Positions 53,853 to 62,487 of a stretch of DNA of 64,000 bases are shown piece by piece. Position 1 is the stretch's first letter. Each line of letters starts with the position of its first letter. The stretch spans positions 256,001 to 320,000 of the forward strand of contig CAVTQK010000021.1 of NCBI GenBank assembly GCA_963736855.1, read 5' to 3'. The translations under genes and the position numbers were made by a program. The stretch is from an uncultured delta proteobacterium (GTDB lineage Bacteria > Desulfobacterota > Desulfobacteria > Desulfobacterales > UBA2156). Below the pieces are notes generated by a model. It saw nothing but the letters and a program-made list of their open reading frames with translations, made no database searches and had not been told where the DNA came from.

Positions 53853-55067
53853 ATGAGCGATATTCGAAAAGCATTTTATGGCCTTCCGGAGAAAGTCGTT
53901 TTCTGTAAACGCTGTGTCATGTCGAATCAAAGACCAAGTTCTTATCCGGAATTCAAACATACAAAAAATCGCATTACACCAACACTTCATATTGATGAAG
54001 AAGGAATATGCGATGCTTGCCGTTATGCTGAAAGAAAAAAAAATATCGATTGGGAGCAGCGTGAAAAACAGCTTTTTCAGTTATGTGATAAATACCGAAG
54101 AACGGATGGATATTATGATTGTATTGTTCCAGGCAGCGGAGGGAAAGACAGTGCCTATGCGGCTTATCTTTTAAAATATAAATTTGGAATGAATCCATTG
54201 ACGGTCACCTGGCCGCCAATATTATACACCGAATACGGATATTGCAATTATCGCAATTGGATTGAAAAGGGCGGATTCGATAATATCACGTTTAAAGTAA
54301 ATGGACGGGCGCATCGATTGATCACAAAGCTTGCTATTGAGAACCTTTTGCATCCGTTCCAAACTTTTATCTTAGGACAAAAAAATCTGGCGCCGAAAAT
54401 TGCTATTCAATTCAAAATACCGCTGGTTTTTTACGGTGAACCGGAGGCGGAATATGGGAATCCTATTGCTGAAACATCAACATCTCTTAGAGATAAATCA
54501 TATTATTCAATGAAGAATATCGATGAGATTTATTTAGGCGGTGTGCGTGTTAACGAATTGATAGAACGATACAAATTAAGAAAAAATGAAATTTTGGCTT
54601 ATTTCCCTCCTGACTACCATGACCTTGAAAAATTAGACATAAGAGTGCATTATTTGGGATATTATATTAAATGGACCCCTCAGGAGGCATTCTATTTTGC
54701 TGCTGAAAAGACGGGATTTAAGCCGAGACCATTTCGTACTCAAGGAACTTACAGCAAATATAACAGCATCGATGATAAAATAGACGATTTGCACTACTAT
54801 ACAACCTATATCAAATTTGGTCTTGGCAGAGCATCGTATGATGCTTCCCAAGAAATTCGAAATAGTCATATAACCAGAGAAGAAGGAATAGCTTTGGTAA
54901 AAAAGTTTGATGGTGAATTTCCAGATAGATATTTCAGAGAAATCATGGATTTCCTTGATATTGACGAAGGCCACTTTCATGGATTATGTGAATATGCAAG
55001 ATCACCTCATCTATGGAATAAAGAGAATGATAAGTGGAAATTAAGATTTCCTGTTTGGGAAGCTTAG
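53853..55067 (+). CDS. N-acetyl sugar amidotransferase (WbuX/PseA family)
   Basis: CKRC...CDAC zinc site, PGSGGKDS PP-loop, KFGLGRA..DASQEIR..ITREEG. Confidence 0.88.
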   Translation: MSDIRKAFYGLPEKVVFCKRCVMSNQRPSSYPEFKHTKNRITPTLHIDEEGICDACRYAERKKNIDWEQREKQLFQLCDKYRRTDGYYDCIVPGSGGKDSAYAAYLLKYKFGMNPLTVTWPPILYTEYGYCNYRNWIEKGGFDNITFKVNGRAHRLITKLAIENLLHPFQTFILGQKNLAPKIAIQFKIPLVFYGEPEAEYGNPIAETSTSLRDKSYYSMKNIDEIYLGGVRVNELIERYKLRKNEILAYFPPDYHDLEKLDIRVHYLGYYIKWTPQEAFYFAAEKTGFKPRPFRTQGTYSKYNSIDDKIDDLHYYTTYIKFGLGRASYDASQEIRNSHITREEGIALVKKFDGEFPDRYFREIMDFLDIDEGHFHGLCEYARSPHLWNKENDKWKLRFPVWEA

Positions 55068-55082
55068 AAAAAAGTTTAACAA

Positions 55083-55765
55083 ATGATCGCAGAAAAAACA
55101 ATATTAGCGATAATTCCTGCAAGGGGAGGTTCAAAAGGAATTCCTAGAAAAATATAATGAAAGTTAGAGGCAAACCGTTAATTGCTTATACGATCGAAGA
55201 GGCCAAAAAATGCTCTTTTATAGATAGAATGATACTTTCATCGGAAGATGATGAAATAATTCAAACAGCAAAAAACTGGGGATGTGAAGCCCCATTCGTT
55301 CGTCCGAATAAATTCGCTCAAGATGATACCCCTATGATGGACACAATTTTTCATGCAATAGAGTCCTTACCTGAAAAATATGATTATGTGCTTCTGCTGC
55401 AACCCACATCACCTCTTAGGAAATCAGATGATATAAAAAATGCAATTCAATTATGCATCGATTATAATGCTCCCGCATGCGTATCAGTTGCAGTAGCAGA
55501 CAAAAGCCCATATTGGATGGTAAAGATTAATGGCCTTGGAAGATTAAAACCGCTTATTAATCATAATTTTTCATCAGAATATCGAAGACAGGATTTGCCT
55601 ATCATTTATCAGGTAAACGGAGCTATATACTTTGGAAAAACAACCTGGTTGCTGGAAACAAAAACATTTTTCACGGAACAGACATTGGCCTATATAATGA
55701 ATAAAGAAAGATCATTAGATATTGATACTGAATTTGACCTAAAAATATTAAATATATTGATTTAA
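55083..55765 (+). CDS. NeuA-family CMP-ulosonate synthetase #3, LegF-like (frameshift near 55150)
   Basis: IIPARGGSKGIPRK, LLQPTSPLR, RRQDLP, NGAIY, SLDIDT. Confidence 0.88.
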
Positions 55766-55883
55766 GTGGGTATGCAATTATTGGGACATAAATGCAGAAA
55801 CAAATGGATCTTTTGAGTTTCAGACTTCATTAAACACTATTTAGGAATTGGCCAAGAAATAGTTTAATGTTATAAAGGGCATT

Positions 55884-56887
55884 ATGACAAAAGCATTATT
55901 AGGTAAAAAAGTACTTAGTTACCGGAGCGGGAGGTTTTATTGGGAGCCATCTTGTTGAAGCACTTATCGAGGAGGGATGCGATGTCCGTGCATTTGTGCG
56001 CTATAATTCATCAAATCGATGGGGTTGGCTTGATTCGTTTAATGAAAATAATTTAAAATATATTGAGGTGTATAAAGGTGACATCAGAGATGAATCATCA
56101 GTAAGATCATCAGTAAGAGGGTGTAATATTGTATTTCATTTAGCAGCACTTATCGGTATACCTTATAGTTGTGCACAACCCTGAAGGCTATGTCGCAACA
56201 AATGTCTATGGTACATTATACATTCTTCAAGCTTGTCGCGAATATTCTGTTGATAAAGTCTTGGTCGCTTCGACTTCAGAAGTATATGGTACTGCTAATA
56301 ATATTCCCATAACAGAAGCACATCCACGACAACCTCAATCGCCATATTCTGCTACTAAAATTGCATCAGATAGTCTTGCAGAATCGTTTTACCGAAGCTT
56401 TGAATCTCCGGTGACTATTGTTAGGCCATTTAATACCTATGGTCCTCGCCAATCATCTCGTGCAATTATACCCACAATAATTACTCAATTATTGGCGAAT
56501 CAGAAACAAATACATCTCGGTGATCTTCAGCCGACACGTGATTTTGTGTATGTAAAAGATACTGCGCGTGGATTTATTGAACTTGCTAAATCCGCAGCGG
56601 CGATTGGAAAGCATGTAAATATTGCTACTGGTAATGAATACGCAATAAAAGAAGTAGCTGATAAGTTAATAAGAAAGATAAGATCTTTAGCAAAAGTCGT
56701 AACTGATGAAGAACGCCTAAGGCCATCAAAAAGTGAAGTCATGCGATTATGCGGTAGTAATGACACTTTATTCTCCTTAACAGGCTGGAGACCAGTCATT
56801 GATTTTGACACCGGGCTTAACGAAACAATTGAATGGTATAAATCACATTGGCATGAGATAAAATATGAATTAATGTTTACAAAATGA
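55884..56887 (+). CDS. legB: LegB-like NDP-GlcNAc 4,6-dehydratase (frameshifted)
   Basis: TGAGGFIGSHL, YNS..WGWLD, LAALIGIPYS, STSEVYG, QSPYSATK, RPFNTYGPRQS.RA.IP, RLRP.KSEV.RL. Confidence 0.82.
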
Positions 56888-58410
56888 AAATAGTAAAAAC
56901 AGGAGATAAAAAGTTGAAAGTACTGTTTATTTATCCTGAAATGGCTGAACATGGAAATATACCTATAGCATTGACAATCCTTACAGCCGTATTGAGAAAA
57001 GCAGGACATTCAGTAACAATATTTGATTGTTCAGTATATGTCCCTAAAAATGATTTAGTTAAAGCGTTTGAAGAAATTGGAATGTTTAAAGTCGCTCCTC
57101 CACTTTCAATTCCTCGACCTGTATCTAAATGTATTGAAAATATGGAAGAAGATTTAATTAAGATTGTTAAAGCATGTGATGCAAAACTTATTGGGATTAC
57201 AACAAACACCGGTACGTTCTCGTTAGGATTAAAATGCAGTAAGATATTAAAAAAGCATTTTCCAAGTATTTATATCATTTTTGGAGGTATTCATCCGACA
57301 ATCTGTCCGGATGAGGTAATACGGGAACCTTCAGTTGATATGATTTGCATTGGTGAAGGAGAGGATGCGCTTTTAGAAATTTGTGATACGTTTGATAATG
57401 ACATAAACAAGATAAAATCAATTAAGAATATATGGTTTAAAGATAAAAGTAACCCGGAATTAATTTATAAAAATCCATTAAGAGACTTAATAGAACTAGA
57501 TTCACTTCCTCCGCAGGATTTTTCTGATTTCAATGAATATGATTTCTATCGTCCTCTTGATGGTAAGATGTACAAAATGATGTATACTGAAATAAGCCGG
57601 GGATGTATTTTTAATTGCTCTTATTGTGCTAATCATGTATTAAAAAATATCTTCAAAAAATGTGGCCCTTACCATAGACGTAAAAGCCCGGAAAAAACGA
57701 TAGAGCAACTTAAATATTTAAAAGATAAATATAAGTTTGAAATGATCCGATTCTGGGATGAGGATTTTACAGTTTTCTCTATTGGTTATCTTAAAAAATT
57801 GGCCGAACTCTACAAAAGAGAAATTCAATTGCCGTTTCTTATTTATGCAGGAACCCGAACAATAAGCGAAGATAAAGTCTCAGTTCTGAAAGATATGAAT
57901 TGTGTTACTATAGCAATGGCGATTGAGAGCGGAAATGAATGGATGAGAAAGTATATACTTAATAGAAATATTTCTGATGATGATATAATAAGAAAATATG
58001 ACATTGTTAAAAAAAGCGGTATTCGAGTTTCTGCATATAATATGATAGGGCTTCCTTTTGAGACAAGAGAAATGATTTTTGAAACTATTCATTTAAATAG
58101 AAAAATTAATCCAGCAACCTCATCAGTATCAATCTTTAAACCGTATCCTAAAACTAGATTGTATGAGATTGTTAAAGATTTTGGCTTTTTAAAGTCACAG
58201 CCTCAATACTTAATCGAAAAATCTGATATAGATTCTCCTTTTATTAAAAACGAAGAAATTAACGGATTGCAAAGGACCTTCGCATTATATACTAAAGTCC
58301 GAGAAAAAGAATTTCCTTTATTAAAGAAATGCGAGAAAGATGAAGAACTTGCGAAAGAAGTTTTTCCGAACATGATAAAATCATTAGCAGTTGATAGAAT
58401 TAGAAATTAA
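56884..58410 (+). CDS. B12-binding radical SAM protein
   Basis: GGIHPT, GEGE, SRGCIFNCSYC (CxxxCxxC), IESG, MIGLPFET. Confidence 0.88.
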   Translation: MKIVKTGDKKLKVLFIYPEMAEHGNIPIALTILTAVLRKAGHSVTIFDCSVYVPKNDLVKAFEEIGMFKVAPPLSIPRPVSKCIENMEEDLIKIVKACDAKLIGITTNTGTFSLGLKCSKILKKHFPSIYIIFGGIHPTICPDEVIREPSVDMICIGEGEDALLEICDTFDNDINKIKSIKNIWFKDKSNPELIYKNPLRDLIELDSLPPQDFSDFNEYDFYRPLDGKMYKMMYTEISRGCIFNCSYCANHVLKNIFKKCGPYHRRKSPEKTIEQLKYLKDKYKFEMIRFWDEDFTVFSIGYLKKLAELYKREIQLPFLIYAGTRTISEDKVSVLKDMNCVTIAMAIESGNEWMRKYILNRNISDDDIIRKYDIVKKSGIRVSAYNMIGLPFETREMIFETIHLNRKINPATSSVSIFKPYPKTRLYEIVKDFGFLKSQPQYLIEKSDIDSPFIKNEEINGLQRTFALYTKVREKEFPLLKKCEKDEELAKEVFPNMIKSLAVDRIRN

Positions 58411-58440
58411 ATTCGAAACGTTGTATTAATTCAGTGAAAT

Positions 58441-59412
58441 ATGAAAGACGATATCAATCCCATATTTATATGCGGTTATCCAAAATCCGGGACAACCCTT
58501 TTAGTCTCACTTTTGGATGGTCATAGCGAGTTATTGGTTATTCCTGAAGAAACAAAATATTTTAAAATGGTATTAGGAGCAAAAATCGATCAAAAATTCG
58601 AAATCCTTTTTAAAAAAACAAACATAGCAGCGTTAAGCAGAGGAATTGTTGACGAACCCTCAGGATATCGCGATTATTCAAATATCGATTTTAATAAACT
58701 ATTAAGTTTTTCAAAAGATATTTGGGAGCGTTCGGAAAAAAAAGACAAAGATTTATTTGAAAGTTTAGTTGCAGGATATTCCAAAGTCACCGGGAAATCT
58801 CATTATAAATATTGGGTAGAGAAAACACCTAAAAATGAGCTATATTTACCTATTATTAATAAAATGTGGCCGAAAGCAAAAATTATCTATATCATTCGAG
58901 ACCCGAGACAGACATACTGTTCACATAAAGAATATAAAAAAGTAAAAAGCAGCAAAAAAAAAGTTAATGCAGATGAATTTACAGTTCAATTTGAAAAAAG
59001 CTTTAAAGCTATTAACGACTTTATTACAAAGAAAAGAGAAGGAATAATCATTAAATATGAGGACTTGGTAAGAGAAACTGAAAACGTAATGAAAAGGATA
59101 TCTCAATATTTGGAAATACAGTTTGAAAATAAACTGGTAATACCGACAAGAGCTGGAACTATCTGGAAAGGAAATTCCGCGTTTAAAGAAAAGTACGAAG
59201 GTGTTGGATTTAGGAAAAATAATTACTTTGAAATATTAGAAGAAAAAGAGATAAATATCATTGAATTGAATTTAATGAAAATTATGATCGAATTAAACTA
59301 TCCCATAAAAATTAAATATAATAAAATGAATGCAACTCGATCTCTTATCAGCAGACAAAGAACAAAAATAAATATGATAGCTAGAAAATATACCAAAAGT
59401 AAAGCATCGTAA
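58441..59412 (+). CDS. PAPS-dependent sulfotransferase
   Basis: GYPKSGTTLL (5'-PSB), WVEKTP, IIRDPR (3'-PB), IKYEDLV. Confidence 0.88.
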   Translation: MKDDINPIFICGYPKSGTTLLVSLLDGHSELLVIPEETKYFKMVLGAKIDQKFEILFKKTNIAALSRGIVDEPSGYRDYSNIDFNKLLSFSKDIWERSEKKDKDLFESLVAGYSKVTGKSHYKYWVEKTPKNELYLPIINKMWPKAKIIYIIRDPRQTYCSHKEYKKVKSSKKKVNADEFTVQFEKSFKAINDFITKKREGIIIKYEDLVRETENVMKRISQYLEIQFENKLVIPTRAGTIWKGNSAFKEKYEGVGFRKNNYFEILEEKEINIIELNLMKIMIELNYPIKIKYNKMNATRSLISRQRTKINMIARKYTKSKAS

Positions 59413-59507
59413 TAATTAAAAGCAATACATCTCTGAAAAGATGTTTTTAAATAGGATACCTTCCTTAGCTCGATTAAGCCTATCCTGATATCAATATTTA
59501 TGCTGAG

Positions 59508-59548
59508 CTAGTAAACTACCACCGAAATTGTCGGTGGTAGTTTACTAG
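59508..59548. repeat. perfect 18-bp inverted repeat with 5-nt loop
   Basis: CTAGTAAACTACCACCGA-AATTG-TCGGTGGTAGTTTACTAG. Confidence 0.9.
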
Positions 59549-59569
59549 ACAGAAATACCGAGAAATAAG

Positions 59570-60583
59570 ATGATGCCTAAAGAAAAAAGATTTGTAAAAA
59601 TTATATCCGAGGTTGGTTCCGTGCATGACGGAAGTTTCGGAAATGCAAAGCATCTAGCAAAAACCGCTAAAATGTGCGGCGCCGATGCCGTAAAGTTTCA
59701 AACCCATATTGCAGAAGCTGAAACCTTAAAGGATGCGCCAGTGCCTCCGTATTTTAAAGGAGAGCCTCGATATCAGTATTTTCAAAGAACGGCCTTCTCA
59801 AAAAGTGAGTGGGAAGAATTAAAAAAATATTGCGAAAAAATTGATATCGAATTTATGTCTTCGCCATTTTCAATAGAAGCCGCATATCTTTTAAAAAAGA
59901 TTGGCATGAATTCATATAAAATCCCTTCGGGAGAGATCACTAATATTCCAATGTTGGAATTTATTTCAAAAACCGGAAAGCCCATTATTTTATCGTCCGG
60001 AATGAGTTCCTGGGAAGAACTCGATCTAGCCGTTGATACCATCAGGCGATTTCATAATAGAATAACCATATTGCAATGCACTTCGGAATACCCTTGCAAG
60101 TATGAATCAGCGGGGATCAACGTCATGGTTGAAATGCAAAAGCGCTATGAAGTGCCGGTGGGTTTATCGGATCATTCCTTGACAACGTATCCGTCATTTC
60201 TCGCTGTTTCTCTCGGAGCTTCGGTTATTGAGAAGCATTTAACTTTCAGCCGATTGATGTATGGAAGCGATGCACGCCATTCGATTGAGCCGGATGAATT
60301 TAAAACTTTGGTTGAAGGGATTCGGGCAATTGAAATTATGAAAAATACTCCGATAAATAAGGATAAGTCAGCCGTCAAAATGAGAAACATGAAAGAAATA
60401 TTTGAAAAAAGTATTGTATCTGTTCAGAATATTCCGAAAGGAAAAGTCATATGTAAAGAAATGTTGGGCATGAAAAAACCCGGGGGTGGAATTCCACCAA
60501 AAAAATTAAAGGAGATAATTGGCAAACGAGCAGCTCATTTTATTAAAAAAGACAGTCTGATAAAAGAAGATGATTTTATTTAA
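59570..60583 (+). CDS. NeuB-family synthase #4
   Basis: SEVGSVHDGSFG, VKFQTHIAEAE, KIPSGEITN, QCTSEYP, SDHS, IEKH, KKPGGGI. Confidence 0.9.
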   Translation: MMPKEKRFVKIISEVGSVHDGSFGNAKHLAKTAKMCGADAVKFQTHIAEAETLKDAPVPPYFKGEPRYQYFQRTAFSKSEWEELKKYCEKIDIEFMSSPFSIEAAYLLKKIGMNSYKIPSGEITNIPMLEFISKTGKPIILSSGMSSWEELDLAVDTIRRFHNRITILQCTSEYPCKYESAGINVMVEMQKRYEVPVGLSDHSLTTYPSFLAVSLGASVIEKHLTFSRLMYGSDARHSIEPDEFKTLVEGIRAIEIMKNTPINKDKSAVKMRNMKEIFEKSIVSVQNIPKGKVICKEMLGMKKPGGGIPPKKLKEIIGKRAAHFIKKDSLIKEDDFI

Positions 60584-60619
60584 ACAAAAGGTGGTTATCG
60601 AATACTGCGAGTCAATTTT

Positions 60620-61771
60620 ATGAGAAAGATATGCGTCGTTATCGGCTCCAGGGCAAATTACAGCAGTATCAAATCGGCCATGAGAGCAGTCAATAGACAC
60701 GAAGAGCTGAAACTACAGTTGGTGGTGGGTGCGTCGGCTTTGCTCGATCGATACGGAGAAGTGGTCAACTTAATTGAAAAGGATGGCTTTCTACCGTCCG
60801 CTAAGGTGTATATGCTGATAGAGGGTGAAAATCCGGTCACCATGGCAAAATCAACGGGCCTGGGACTGCTTGAACTCCCGACAATCCTCGAACAGTTGAA
60901 GCCGGATATTGTTTTAACGGTGGGCGATCGATTCGAGACGATGGCAACGGCATTGGCGGCTACGTACATGAACGTTGCATTGGCCCATTCAATGGGAGGT
61001 GAAATATCCGGAACGATAGATGAAAGCATTCGACATGCCGTTACCAAGTTGGCGCATATTCATTTTCCGGCTTGTTCGGACGCCAGAGAACGGATTATCA
61101 AGCTCGGAGAAAGGCCTCAGGACGTTTATCTTGTAGGCTGCCCCCGAATCGACCTGGTTGCGGAAATACTGGAAAGAGAAGAAAACGGATTAGGGCCTGA
61201 TCTTTTTGCCCAGGGGGTTGGAGGAAAATTCGACCTTGATTCTCCGTTTCTGCTGGTTTCACAACACCCTGTCACGACTGAATACGGATTCGGGGAGCAA
61301 CAAATTGCTGAAACGCTTACGGCCATCGAGCAGCATGGCATTCCGGCCATCATTCTGTGGCCCAATGCCGATGCCGGAGCGAACGATGTTGCACGAGGCA
61401 TAAGAAGATTCCGTGAATATCATGACGATTCGAAGATGCACTTCTTTAAAAATTTGCCTGTTGACGTATATGTTGCCTTGATGCGTCGAACCGCTTGCCT
61501 GGTCGGAAACTCAAGCAGCGGCATAAGAGAGGGAGCCTTTATCGGAACACCAACGGTTAACATCGGCACCAGGCAGAATGGAAGAGAAAGAGGAAAAAAT
61601 GTTGTTGATATCGATTATAACAGCTCTGCCATTGCCGACGCCATCACTTCTCAGATCAAAAACGGAAAGTACGATTCCGAGCCCATTTACGGTGACGGCC
61701 ATGCCGGAGAACGGATTGCTGAAATACTCGCACACGGCCAGTGGCGGTTGCAAAAACAGATTACTTTCTGA
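60620..61771 (+). CDS. neuC: hydrolysing UDP-GlcNAc 2-epimerase NeuC #2
   Basis: SRANYS, VGDRFE, GGEISGTIDESIRHA, QHPVTTE, GNSSSGIRE, YGDG. Confidence 0.85.
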   Translation: MRKICVVIGSRANYSSIKSAMRAVNRHEELKLQLVVGASALLDRYGEVVNLIEKDGFLPSAKVYMLIEGENPVTMAKSTGLGLLELPTILEQLKPDIVLTVGDRFETMATALAATYMNVALAHSMGGEISGTIDESIRHAVTKLAHIHFPACSDARERIIKLGERPQDVYLVGCPRIDLVAEILEREENGLGPDLFAQGVGGKFDLDSPFLLVSQHPVTTEYGFGEQQIAETLTAIEQHGIPAIILWPNADAGANDVARGIRRFREYHDDSKMHFFKNLPVDVYVALMRRTACLVGNSSSGIREGAFIGTPTVNIGTRQNGRERGKNVVDIDYNSSAIADAITSQIKNGKYDSEPIYGDGHAGERIAEILAHGQWRLQKQITF

Positions 61772-62487
61772 TGAAACAAATCCTTGGATTTATCCCCGCA
61801 AGGGGAGGATCGAAAAGCATCCCGCATAAAAACATCGCGCTGCTTTCAGGACTCCCGCTTCTTTGTTATACGTGTCAAGCCGCTCTTGCGTCTCGTTCCA
61901 TTCATCGTGTTTTTCTTTCTACGGATGATGAAAAGATCGCATCCGTCGGAAAATCGTGCGGCGTGGAGGTTCCGTTCCTGAGGCCATCCGAACTTGCTCA
62001 AGATACGACGCCGAGTGTCGATGTCGCCCTGCATGCGTTGGAATGGATAAATTTACATGAAAAATGGGTTCCGGATATTTTGGTGCTGTTGCAGCCGACA
62101 TCGCCATTGAGAAGAACCGAACACATCGATGAATCAATCGAGCTATTCGTCAAGAGCAATGCCGATACCCTGGTCAGCGTGGTTGAAGTTCCACATCGAT
62201 ATAGCCCATTTAATCTAATGAGATTTGAAAACGGGCTTCTAAAGGAATTTTGGAAAGAGCCCATTTTGTTTAATCGATTCAGACGCCAGGAAATTCCTCC
62301 GTTATATGCACGCAATGGACCGGCGATTTTAATCTCGAAAGTATCGACCATCCAAAATGATAAAAGCTTCTACGGGAACAAGATCGTTCCTTATTTAATG
62401 AAACAGGAGGATTCGGTGGATATCGACGAGGAATGGGATCTGAGAATTGCCGAATGCATTATCGAAAACAGGAAGGGGAAAGCTTAA
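61771..62487 (+). CDS. NeuA-family CMP-ulosonate synthetase #4
   Basis: IPARGGSKSIPHKN, LLQPTSPLR, RRQE, SVDID. ATG overlaps the neuC stop. Confidence 0.9.
   Translation: MKQILGFIPARGGSKSIPHKNIALLSGLPLLCYTCQAALASRSIHRVFLSTDDEKIASVGKSCGVEVPFLRPSELAQDTTPSVDVALHALEWINLHEKWVPDILVLLQPTSPLRRTEHIDESIELFVKSNADTLVSVVEVPHRYSPFNLMRFENGLLKEFWKEPILFNRFRRQEIPPLYARNGPAILISKVSTIQNDKSFYGNKIVPYLMKQEDSVDIDEEWDLRIAECIIENRKGKA

Noticed and set aside
24850..56200. Programmed frameshifting or phase variation as the cause of the split genes
   Set aside because: Indels are numerous, occur in varied contexts and are not at long simple-sequence tracts. Only the IS3 A6G site is a recognised recoding signal.
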